Source: Sulfurimonadaceae bacterium (GTDB lineage: Bacteria > Campylobacterota > Campylobacteria > Campylobacterales > Sulfurimonadaceae). From it: a stretch of 28,471 nucleotides of DNA. Shown here piece by piece: positions 17,994 through 26,466 of this stretch. The stretch spans positions 1-28,471 of the forward strand of contig JBFFUI010000030.1 of assembly GCA_041571435.1 (NCBI GenBank). The letters are read 5' to 3'. Numbering within the stretch: position 1 is the stretch's first letter; the number at the start of each line of letters is the position of its first letter. Made by a program: the position numbers and the translations under genes. The notes beneath the pieces were generated by a model, which made no database searches, was not told where the DNA came from, and saw nothing but the letters and a program-made list of their open reading frames with translations.

Positions 17994-18668
17994 ATGAACT
18001 ATCTACAAGCAACCCTACTCTCTTTCAGCCTCGTAACCCTGATGGTGGGGTGCGGTACAGAATCTGATGAGCCACCGTTGGTACCTGAAATCATCTCGAT
18101 AGAGATCGACGGCACCGATGTCAACAGTAGCCTGCACTCGATCATCATCGATACTGATGAGCCGCAGCTCAGCGCGACAGTCACGTATGACGATGGCAGC
18201 AGCTCTAGAGTGACCTATCAACTCGACTGGGAGTCCAATAACATCGATGTGATCACTGTCAATAATGGTCTCTTAACACCTGTTGCGAACAGCGGTTCGG
18301 TTGCGATCTCGGCTTCGTTCAGAGACAAGCTTTACACCACTATCGACAAGAACATCACACTCATCCCCCTGACAGACATCAATATCACATCGCCATCTTC
18401 GGACCTGAACATCTCATATGCCGATGTAAATGCCTCGGTCGACATCAATACAACAGGAAGTTATACACTCCAGGCAAATGGTACCTTTGAGGACAATGAG
18501 ACAGTTTTAGCGATCAGCAGCAACATTGCATGGACCAGTTCCAATACCACTGTTGCGACAATTGATTCAGCCGGTCTGATGACAATAAAGCAAAATGGAA
18601 CTGCAGACATTAATGTCTCTATGTATAATGAAATCAACGCGACACTGGAATTAAACGTCAGCCTATAA
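17994..18668 (+). CDS. Lipoprotein with two bacterial Ig-like (Big_2-type) domains
   Basis: Lipobox MVG|C; repeats WESNNIDVITVNNGLLT...G and WTSSNTTVATIDSAGLMT...GTA. Confidence 0.82.
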   Translation: MNYLQATLLSFSLVTLMVGCGTESDEPPLVPEIISIEIDGTDVNSSLHSIIIDTDEPQLSATVTYDDGSSSRVTYQLDWESNNIDVITVNNGLLTPVANSGSVAISASFRDKLYTTIDKNITLIPLTDINITSPSSDLNISYADVNASVDINTTGSYTLQANGTFEDNETVLAISSNIAWTSSNTTVATIDSAGLMTIKQNGTADINVSMYNEINATLELNVSL

Positions 18669-18680
18669 TAAAGAGAGATT

Positions 18681-18716
18681 TTCAGCCAGCACTTCAAAGG
18701 CTGGATGTTGCTGGAA
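18681..18716. terminator. Imperfect hairpin between convergent genes
   Basis: TTCAGCCAGCA...TGTTGCTGGAA between the Ig-lipoprotein and murE stops. Confidence 0.4.
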
Positions 18717-18730
18717 GGAAGAGAATTCTG

Positions 18731-20026
18731 TTATTTCGATGCCAAGAGTTCGCGTGCGACTTCTCTGTCATCAAAAGGTAGTTTTTGGTCATAGATAAGC
18801 TGAAAAGCTTCATCACCCTTCCCTAGGATCAGTACGATCTCGTCGCCGCTCTGCTCTTCTATCGCTTTGGCGATGGCATTGCGGCGGTTGACATCGACAA
18901 AGACCTCTTTGGTGTCGTCGATGCCTTTGAGTATGTCTTCAATGATCTTATCGGGATCTTCACTGCGCGGGTTGTCACTGGTCACATAGATCTTCTTGGC
19001 GAACTTTGCCGCAACTTTGCCCATCAACGGACGTTTGGAAACATCTCTGTCCCCGCCTGCACCGAAGACCACCAATACCTCTTTCTCTTTTAAGGCGTTA
19101 AGGACCTGCTCCATCCCATCGGGGGTGTGTGCAAAATCGACGATAACCAGAGGCTCTTCGCTCACCTTCTCCATCCGTCCGCTGACTCCGCCAAAGTTAT
19201 CGACAACCTCACAGATCTCGCTCAACTTATTATCGGTTACCAGGTGCACGGCGGCAATGGCTGCTGTCAGGTTATAGAGGTTAAAAAAGCCATGCATCGA
19301 GCTGTTGAAACTTTCGACCTGTTCGAAGTGTTTGATGACACCGCTGACACCCTGATTAAGAGAATAGGCCATCACTTTATACGTTGCCGGGTTTTCCGCT
19401 CCGTAGCTGTAGGCATTTTTATAATTAAACTCCGCACGCGGCTCATCTTTGTTGATCAGTTTCTTGCTCTCGTCAGCAAAAAAACTGTTTTTGACATAGA
19501 TATAGTCTTCAAGGCTTTTGTGATAGTCTAAATGGTCCTGCGTGATGTTCGTCAGGATCTTCAGTGCGAACGGGATACCCTCTATGCGCTTTTGGACGAT
19601 CGCATGTGAGCTTACCTCCATCACAAAATATTCACATCCTGCTGCAACCGCCTGATAAATGTGTCGATACGTGTTTAAGACACTCGGGGTTGTCAGGCTC
19701 TTGCCTTCAGCGACCGTATCGTTCAAGAAGAACCCTCTTGTGCCCTGCATCGCCGCCTTATAACCCAGATCCAACAACATAGAATAGATCGCACTGGCTG
19801 TCGTTGTCTTGCCGTTAGTACCGGTAATCCCGATGATCTTTATTCTGTCCAGACCAAAAAGAGGTGCGATTTCAGAAGCATTGATAATAGAGTGTGCCCC
19901 GTTTTGTTTGGCATCCTCTACATAGTTCTCATTCTGTTTTGTTTTGATAAAAGCGGTTTGGGCGTCACACTCCTTCGAGTTTTCAGTGACGTAACGAAAG
20001 GGTTGAGATGGGAGCTCAATTTTCAA
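18731..20026 (-). CDS. murE: UDP-MurNAc-L-Ala-D-Glu--meso-DAP ligase
   Basis: GITGTNGKTT, MEVSSH, TNITQDHLDYH, VDFAHTPD, DNPR. Confidence 0.97.
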   Translation of the reverse strand: MKIELPSQPFRYVTENSKECDAQTAFIKTKQNENYVEDAKQNGAHSIINASEIAPLFGLDRIKIIGITGTNGKTTTASAIYSMLLDLGYKAAMQGTRGFFLNDTVAEGKSLTTPSVLNTYRHIYQAVAAGCEYFVMEVSSHAIVQKRIEGIPFALKILTNITQDHLDYHKSLEDYIYVKNSFFADESKKLINKDEPRAEFNYKNAYSYGAENPATYKVMAYSLNQGVSGVIKHFEQVESFNSSMHGFFNLYNLTAAIAAVHLVTDNKLSEICEVVDNFGGVSGRMEKVSEEPLVIVDFAHTPDGMEQVLNALKEKEVLVVFGAGGDRDVSKRPLMGKVAAKFAKKIYVTSDNPRSEDPDKIIEDILKGIDDTKEVFVDVNRRNAIAKAIEEQSGDEIVLILGKGDEAFQLIYDQKLPFDDREVARELLASK

Positions 20027-20609
20027 CAGTTTTGCCTTTGGCTAGACGGCGAAGCAGTTTGCGCAACTGCTTATCGTTAGGATGAACGGCTAAAGCCCCC
20101 TCCAAATAACTTAATGCCATCTCATGATAATTATTTGCCATAAGCTTATCCAAGAAGTCCACAAAATCATCTTTTTCAGTAATAATGACACGGGTTGAGA
20201 ACATAATATTTTCAAAAATACGTCTAAAATCACCCTCGGTATTAACAAGTTCTTTAAACTCTGAGTACAAGATACCGTCTTCATATTGGACACGTTCCAA
20301 AAGAGGCTTTGAGATGATTTCTCCAAGCTGATCCAGTGTTCCATCCATGGTCTCCAGGATTTCTGAAAGAATGATATCTGCCTGTTCCGCATCGTCTTCA
20401 CGCAGTACAGCATAGTAGTCAAAGAGTGCTTCTGCACCACCTTCGCCGCTCATGGCCATCTCTGCCAAAATAGCACCGTTATAGGCCTCTTTTGACCCTG
20501 GGTAATCTTTTAATACCAATGCGTATGAGCGCAATGCCTGCTCAAACTCTGATTTTGAAAAACTCTCATTCGCTAGAGCAAGAGTTTTATATTTGTTAAC
20601 TGTTTTCAT
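20016..20609 (-). CDS. Conserved TPR-like hypothetical protein
   Basis: Helical TPR-like ends; sits between the NifU-like gene and murE, as in Campylobacter and Helicobacter; overlaps the murE start. Confidence 0.78.
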   Translation of the reverse strand: MKTVNKYKTLALANESFSKSEFEQALRSYALVLKDYPGSKEAYNGAILAEMAMSGEGGAEALFDYYAVLREDDAEQADIILSEILETMDGTLDQLGEIISKPLLERVQYEDGILYSEFKELVNTEGDFRRIFENIMFSTRVIITEKDDFVDFLDKLMANNYHEMALSYLEGALAVHPNDKQLRKLLRRLAKGKTVEN

Positions 20610-20631
20610 AACTCTTCCTTTTTGCAATTAT

Positions 20632-20907
20632 TTATATTGTATCAATCTGGTTTTCCATGCCTTGAGGGACATTGATAACAGAAAGCTCCGGATGGATATC
20701 CATACGCAGTTGGCGTTCAACACCGTATTTCAATGTGTTTCCAGCACTGCCGCAACCGACACAAGCACCTTGCAGCTGTACATAGACTGTACCGTTCTTT
20801 ACGGTTAAAAATTGAATGTCACCACCATCAAGCGCTAACGACGGACGTACTTTATCTATCGCTGCTTGAACTGGTGTGACTAACTCTTCATCTGTGAATG
20901 GGATCAT
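20632..20907 (-). CDS. nfuA: NifU C-terminal-domain (Nfu-type) Fe-S carrier
   Basis: VRPSLALDGGDI, LQGACVGC, TLKYGVER. Start at MIPFTD. Confidence 0.88.
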   Translation of the reverse strand: MIPFTDEELVTPVQAAIDKVRPSLALDGGDIQFLTVKNGTVYVQLQGACVGCGSAGNTLKYGVERQLRMDIHPELSVINVPQGMENQIDTI

Positions 20908-21051
20908 ATAAAACCTTATAAACGGGCGGCTCAAGAACCGTCCTATTTTCTATTCATAAAATATTCTAAATGCGCTTAACAAGCGCTAAATGATGGTAGG
21001 CGGCTCTTGGGCAAAGCTTTTTGAAAGAATTACAAAGGGCTGGAAAGTGCT

Positions 21052-22269
21052 TTAAACGGTACCCATTATCTGCATCACATAACTCGGCTTGCGCATACCG
21101 ACTAAGATGTAATCAATGTTTTCCTGGGCCTGTAAAAAGTCAAGTGCACACTCTTGAAGCGGTTTATCACACCCTTGAAGTTTCTCTTTTAACTGCACCT
21201 TTGTCATCTTTGTGCACTCAAATGCGACCATCCTTGCATACTCTTGCAAAAAGAGGTCTAACGCTTCAGCCAAAAGATCGACCACTGAGGGGTCTATCTC
21301 TTGTAATGTTTTTTGAAGGTGTGGAATAACCTGTACATGTAAAAACTGGTCGTACTCGCCCACAAAGCCAAAACGGTGTTTGACATCATCAAGCTGCGCG
21401 ATCAAGTTATGGATGCTTTGCAGTGCTTCATCGTCTGTCATCTCCAATACTTCATTGAGATGATGGTAATAGTCATGCGGTTCACTGTAACTGGCCAGAC
21501 GGAACATAAGGTTATTAGCCTCTGCATTTAACGGACGATTTGCCAACACACGAAGCCCGTTCTTTTTAGCCCACGCTGCACATTTCAGCCCTTCCGTCTC
21601 AAGCAGGTTAATCGGAAGCTGTACCGTCGTAAAGTGGTGCTGATCACTTCCCGCCTCTTTTGCCGCGCGTTTTGCTATCACGACAAGGTCTTCATAAGGC
21701 AGGAACTCAGGGTCGTTACTCGCTTTTGAAAACGAGTTCGAGCTTATGCCGTAACTTTTGATTCGACCACTCTGCACCTCTTTTTCCAAGGCGACAAACG
21801 CTTTTTCAATGCGTTCAAACATTCTGTCGAGTGTCTCGTTGCGGTCAAGGTCATGGTTCATGGCATCGAGTATAAAATACTCCGGGTTGTGAATAAGATA
21901 ACATCCTAACGCGTCCATGTTAAGACGGTCAAGCGACTGTGTCAACTGGTCTTGCATAAACTCCGGCGAGATACAGTGGTAGATATGCTCCGCGTACTTG
22001 ACGATCTCCGGAAATGTTTCACCCTCTTGAACACGCTGAAGCGTTGTGCCTTGGATGTAGCCATACTTGCTGACGATCTCGACATGTTCAATTGTCTTGG
22101 TCGGCATCGGTTGAAACGCCAAAGCGATTGCCCTCTCTGCACCACCGTCCATGTAGTTGGTCGATGTGTCGATAAGGTCAACCCCCTCTTCGACCGCCGT
22201 CTTGATCGCCTGAAGATGTTCCGGGTTAAGGTCACTGACCCTGTAGGTTCCAAATCCGATTTTAGCCAC
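21052..22269 (-). CDS. Aldo/keto reductase family protein
   Basis: IGFGTY, IDTSTNY, SK, LIHNP (D/Y/K/H tetrad), GRIKSYGISS, LVGMR; GTG start after AAGGA. Confidence 0.88.
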   Translation of the reverse strand: MAKIGFGTYRVSDLNPEHLQAIKTAVEEGVDLIDTSTNYMDGGAERAIALAFQPMPTKTIEHVEIVSKYGYIQGTTLQRVQEGETFPEIVKYAEHIYHCISPEFMQDQLTQSLDRLNMDALGCYLIHNPEYFILDAMNHDLDRNETLDRMFERIEKAFVALEKEVQSGRIKSYGISSNSFSKASNDPEFLPYEDLVVIAKRAAKEAGSDQHHFTTVQLPINLLETEGLKCAAWAKKNGLRVLANRPLNAEANNLMFRLASYSEPHDYYHHLNEVLEMTDDEALQSIHNLIAQLDDVKHRFGFVGEYDQFLHVQVIPHLQKTLQEIDPSVVDLLAEALDLFLQEYARMVAFECTKMTKVQLKEKLQGCDKPLQECALDFLQAQENIDYILVGMRKPSYVMQIMGTV

Positions 22270-22309
22270 AAAATTTCCTTCTCTGAATGTTGGCGTAATT
22301 ATAACTAAT

Positions 22310-22351
22310 TAGTGAATAGTGAATAGTGAATAGTGAATAGTGAATAGTGAA
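22310..22351. repeat. Heptamer tandem repeat (TAGTGAA)x6
   Basis: Six exact copies, 6 bp from the minus-strand TATAAT (22303-22298). Confidence 0.95.
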
Positions 22352-22415
22352 AGATAGCGAAAAGCGCATATTACTCTAAACTGTAAAAGTTTCAGGTTTG
22401 GTGTAGATTGTGTTT

Positions 22416-22459
22416 AACTCCGACCGAAGGCGTGCATTGGCACGTTGAGTGTCGAAGTT
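22416..22459 (-). terminator. Long interrupted hairpin after the lipoprotein gene
   Basis: AACUUCGAC/GUCGGAGUU outer stem and CGUGC/GCACG inner stem; a G-U pair favours the minus strand. Confidence 0.5.
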
Positions 22460-22504
22460 GGACGCAAGATCCGCCGAAGCTGGAAAGTTTAAATAAGCCT
22501 AGGC

Positions 22505-23365
22505 TTATTTAAATGGTTTCGCAAGGTCTTTTTCGATTGCACCTGGTACAGACGCAATAGTCATGAACTCGCCCATCGTAAGTCGCGGATAAGAGATCGC
22601 GATCAGGTACTTAGGCGCAAGCATCTTCGCTTTACCGTCTTCGATCAGGATCGTGTACGGCAGAATCTGCGAGTTTTGGTAACCGATCTTCTTAACAAAC
22701 TTCGAGGTCTTCTTGCCTACGGCATAGCCAAGCAGTGTACGACCTTCTCCGATTTGAAGTTCAAAGACAAGCTCTTTGCCTTTTTTATAGGCTTTTGCTT
22801 TTGCAAGAAGCTCTGCGTTGTCACCTTCGCCAATCACGGCAAACTCATCATAATATGGCATACCCATCATGAAGTGGTAACCGGCAAGACCGTCAAACGC
22901 CCATTGGTCAGCTGAACCTTTCAAGTCACCGAATGCATCGGTAAGACTTTTCTGAATCGCTAAAGCAGCCTGGTAATCAAACTCATCCTGCATAAACGCT
23001 TTACCGAAGTAGACCGGGTTCGTAATACTGATCTCTTTCTTTTCATTATTGACCAGTAGACGAAGTACCGCGGCGAAACCGCGGTCCGCTTTGTCTGCTG
23101 CAGATTTCATTGCCGCATTGGTAAACACAACCGAGATGTATTTACCTTTCTTGTCAACTTTATAAGCTGCCAAGACGTCGAAACCGGCTTCTGTAAGCTT
23201 CGCTTGCGCTGCATCAGCGTCAACATAAGCACCTAGAAGATAGGTACTTACATTTTCTTCCGCTGGCTTTGCCGTCATGCTGTCAGAAGCTGCCGCCTCT
23301 TTCGATGCGCATCCGCTAAACGAAAGCAGCAACGCTGCGACTACAAAGGCTAAGAGTTTTCTCAT
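22505..23365 (-). CDS. Hypothetical lipoprotein, possibly two divergent DUF302-like repeats
   Basis: Lipobox FSG|C; start overlaps the upstream stop (ATGA); motifs YHFMMGMPY and LPYTILIEDGK. Confidence 0.8.
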   Translation of the reverse strand: MRKLLAFVVAALLLSFSGCASKEAAASDSMTAKPAEENVSTYLLGAYVDADAAQAKLTEAGFDVLAAYKVDKKGKYISVVFTNAAMKSAADKADRGFAAVLRLLVNNEKKEISITNPVYFGKAFMQDEFDYQAALAIQKSLTDAFGDLKGSADQWAFDGLAGYHFMMGMPYYDEFAVIGEGDNAELLAKAKAYKKGKELVFELQIGEGRTLLGYAVGKKTSKFVKKIGYQNSQILPYTILIEDGKAKMLAPKYLIAISYPRLTMGEFMTIASVPGAIEKDLAKPFK

Positions 23366-24375
23366 ATACTTTTAGCTCCAAGACCTTCCATGATACCGAC
23401 GATCTCTTTGTCAAGTGTGTGGATAGCGTCGACCTTTTTTGGATCTTTAACGCCCATTACAGCGATCCAGTTTTCAAGTTTCGGCATACCGATAACCAAC
23501 TTGTTGCTACCTTTTTCAATATACATGTACATTGAACATGGAGCAAATGCACCGGCATCCGGGCGTGCATCACCTTCCTGACCATCTACAAGGTTAAACA
23601 CACCGTTTGAGAATGTGAAGTGACATAGTGAATAAACAAAGTATGCATCGTACTTGTCAAAGTCAAGTTCAAGGTCAGTATATGCTTCTTTGAAGTTTTT
23701 GTAACCGGCAATGATATATTTATTATCTTCGAATGTTGCTTCAAACTCTTCTTGGAACGTGTCAATGAACTCAGAAAGCTCTTCCGGACGCTCAAATGTT
23801 AATTCAAAGTTCATCATTGGGTTAGGCGTAAGCTTGTCGTACTTAACGATCTCAACTTTGCCGCCAAGCTTTTCATCAACAAGTTTGTCAAGTGGCTCAA
23901 AGATCTTAGTAAACTCGGCACGTGTTGCTTTGTCCTGAACGCCTACGATGTCCAGCATCGTGTTTGGCGTGACGTGACCGACACGTGTATTCTCGTCGCC
24001 TTTCACTTTGTAGATATGAAGGTTGAACGGGCTGAAGCCACCTAGTTCAGGTGCCTTTAGAAGTAGTGGACGAAGTGCTTCATCTGCTGTCATAGAAAAG
24101 AAACCAAGGTTATCCAGGTTAGTTCCGCCGTATTTTGTCGCATACGCGTCATTGATACGCTCATGTGGATCAGAAAGAACAAAACCGATACCTTCCATAT
24201 CGTTCTCTAGCATATCCATATACTTTTTCTCTACTACAGTAGCCGCTTTCTCATCTTTAGATGGGTTTTTAAGCATACTGTCCTTGATAACATTAAAACG
24301 AACGCCGTCTGTCGCCATTGCAAGTGTAGCTGCAAGGCTTAGTGCTAGTGCACCTGTTACTAATTTTGAAAACAT
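23362..24375 (-). CDS. Periplasmic protein with tandem DUF302-like domains
   Basis: Signal peptide (AMA|T), AAGGAG RBS; repeats PELGGFSPFNLHIY and PDAGAFAPCSMYMY, YSLC. Confidence 0.75.
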   Translation of the reverse strand: MFSKLVTGALALSLAATLAMATDGVRFNVIKDSMLKNPSKDEKAATVVEKKYMDMLENDMEGIGFVLSDPHERINDAYATKYGGTNLDNLGFFSMTADEALRPLLLKAPELGGFSPFNLHIYKVKGDENTRVGHVTPNTMLDIVGVQDKATRAEFTKIFEPLDKLVDEKLGGKVEIVKYDKLTPNPMMNFELTFERPEELSEFIDTFQEEFEATFEDNKYIIAGYKNFKEAYTDLELDFDKYDAYFVYSLCHFTFSNGVFNLVDGQEGDARPDAGAFAPCSMYMYIEKGSNKLVIGMPKLENWIAVMGVKDPKKVDAIHTLDKEIVGIMEGLGAKSI

Positions 24376-24430
24376 GAATCTCCTTGTTTTTAGCTTCTTG
24401 TGTTTTGGACACAAAAATTTTTGCTGGGTA

Positions 24431-24439
24431 ATTTTATCA
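24431..24439 (-). promoter_or_regulatory. Extended -10 promoter (TGaTAAAAT) for the DUF302/lipoprotein operon
   Basis: TGnTAAAAT 55 nt upstream of the ATG. Confidence 0.5.
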
Positions 24440-24631
24440 CAAATGTATCAACCAAACATTTATTAAACCATATTTGCATATTATTTTTTACAAAATGTAG
24501 CATAATGGCAACATCTTAAATTTGGCAGAGTATTGTTTCAATGACTGGTATAAATGTAACAAAAAGTTGTGAAGTGATTGTGTATTATCCCATGAGAGAA
24601 CAGCCGATGGCTATATAACAATGGATGGGTA

Positions 24632-24668
24632 AGAAGGGGCAACCACACATCGGTAGTTACACACTTCT
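24632..24668 (-). terminator. Hairpin after FadL-like gene 1
   Basis: AGAAG.GUAACUAC/GUGGUUGC.CUUCU; shares ATCGGTAGTyAC with the paralogue's terminator. Confidence 0.55.
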
Positions 24669-24675
24669 ATGAGAG

Positions 24676-25974
24676 TTAGAAGTTGTAGTTAAGACCTACA
24701 GAGACACTTGTTTGTGAATGTTTTGTCGTAATATCTTGACCTACAAAGTTTTTGTAAGTATCTTCGACCTCCGGCGCGTATGCGACAGCAAGGTCAACAG
24801 ATGTTTGTTTATCAAAACCGTATGTACCACCGATTGAAGCGTGAGATTCAATTGTAGCTGGAAAGCCTAGAAGGTTGAACGTATTAATCATACCACCTGT
24901 TAGGCCGTTACTTCCAGCTGCGTTATCTTGCTCTGATATTGGGCTTGAAGCATAGTTATAACCAATGCGCACTGCCCAAAGGTCTTGCGAATATTGATAA
25001 CCTAGAGCAATAACATTTTGATCATCCCATGCGAAATCTTTGTACCCTTCTGCATCTGACCATTTGATCTGCTTGTAATCAAATGCAATTGTATTCCCCG
25101 CGATTTCGTAACTAATACCTGCACCAACTTCTGCCGGCGTTGATAATTTGTCATTTGTATAAGCACCGCCAGTCATTGCACCTGCAGCTGTTGACAGAAC
25201 ACCCTTGTATTCCATGTCGATTTGTGACTTGTATGAAAGCCCCATAGTAACGCCTGCAATCTCATAGGCTGCACCAATATTTATTCCAAATTTAAGGTCT
25301 TGACCAACGCCCGAGCCAACTGTCATAGGCATTGTAGCACCCCCAAAGGTACCTGTTTGCATCCAGTACATAGCGTTTTGAAGATCTGCAGACATTGCAT
25401 AGTTAATATCCAAAGCTCCATATTGTAAAACTGGCGTGATACCAACACTAAAGTTATTTCTAGCATACACCAAAGGTACACCAAACTGCATGAGCTGAAG
25501 GTTTGTAACCATATTCAACTGACCTGTATTCGCAGCATCACGGTAGTCGACACCCATACCGGCTGTCCCCCACATACCGACACCCCAGTAGAAGTTGTCA
25601 TTGACTTTAGTAGCCAGAGAGACCGACGGAATAACACTCATATCTGCTTTGCTTGTAGCAGTACTGGAGCCATCGCTAACACCAGTAATAGTACCGGTAC
25701 CCGTGATACCTGTTGGAACAACTAGACTATTTGTACTTTCGACATCAGGCATAAAGACTGTGCCGCCAAATTGTATTTCAGTCCCGTTGACTGATGAGAT
25801 CAAAGCTGGATTAACTAGCGCAGACTCCGCACCATGTGCCATACCGATCCCAGCACCGGCCATACCGCGTGCTTTAGCACCAACGCCGATTAGATTTGAA
25901 CCATTGGTAGCAAATGCAGACGTTGCACCAAGGACCATTGAAGCTGCTAGAGCCAGTTTAATTGTTTTTGTCAT
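24676..25974 (-). CDS. OmpP1/FadL/TodX-family outer-membrane channel (copy 1)
   Basis: Signal peptide, hatch ATNG..LIG.GAKAR.MAG, NPA motif, GMGVDY, AVRIGYNY, C-terminal LNYNF. Confidence 0.9.
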   Translation of the reverse strand: MTKTIKLALAASMVLGATSAFATNGSNLIGVGAKARGMAGAGIGMAHGAESALVNPALISSVNGTEIQFGGTVFMPDVESTNSLVVPTGITGTGTITGVSDGSSTATSKADMSVIPSVSLATKVNDNFYWGVGMWGTAGMGVDYRDAANTGQLNMVTNLQLMQFGVPLVYARNNFSVGITPVLQYGALDINYAMSADLQNAMYWMQTGTFGGATMPMTVGSGVGQDLKFGINIGAAYEIAGVTMGLSYKSQIDMEYKGVLSTAAGAMTGGAYTNDKLSTPAEVGAGISYEIAGNTIAFDYKQIKWSDAEGYKDFAWDDQNVIALGYQYSQDLWAVRIGYNYASSPISEQDNAAGSNGLTGGMINTFNLLGFPATIESHASIGGTYGFDKQTSVDLAVAYAPEVEDTYKNFVGQDITTKHSQTSVSVGLNYNF

Positions 25975-26031
25975 TTAATTCTCCTAATAATTGATAAGTC
26001 GCAAGTCGAACACTCAATTTTGACTTCGCCC

Positions 26032-26064
26032 ATTATAGGTCTGTAAAAAAAAACTAAACTTAAA
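26032..26064 (-). promoter_or_regulatory. Campylobacterota-type sigma70 promoter of FadL-like gene 1
   Basis: TTTAAG...T-tract...TATAAT, mirrored upstream of copy 2. Confidence 0.65.
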
Positions 26065-26415
26065 AAGAAAATGGCATAAATGATACTTTTTTATGATTAT
26101 CATCAAAAAATTTAATCTTATAAGACTACTTAATAATTATTATATAAACAATAGCAATATATGGCTACTTTTGCATTTATTTTAATATAAATATTCATAT
26201 ATAGTTAAAACTAACAAATAGAGAAAATTTATTCCAGACAAAACAAATATAGAACAGTGTAGTAATTCTCTACATACTAACCTTCTATTATTTATACAAA
26301 AAAAGCTGTTGAAAGTTCAATAGTTATTACCAGAGAGGATACTCTAAACTGATTTACTAATCGATTTCGTTTGAAATTTTATGGAATTTGGTCTGAGTTA
26401 AGATGTATGTGATAG

Positions 26416-26457
26416 AAAAAATATAGAAGTAACTACCAGATCGGTAGTCACTCTACA
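26416..26457 (-). terminator. Intrinsic terminator after FadL-like gene 2
   Basis: UGUAGAGUGACUACC-loop-GGUAGUUACUUCUAUA followed by a U-tract. Confidence 0.72.
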
Positions 26458-26466
26458 ATCAAAAGA

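Noticed and set aside
22310-22351. CRISPR array
   Set aside because: 7-bp units without spacers and no cas genes.
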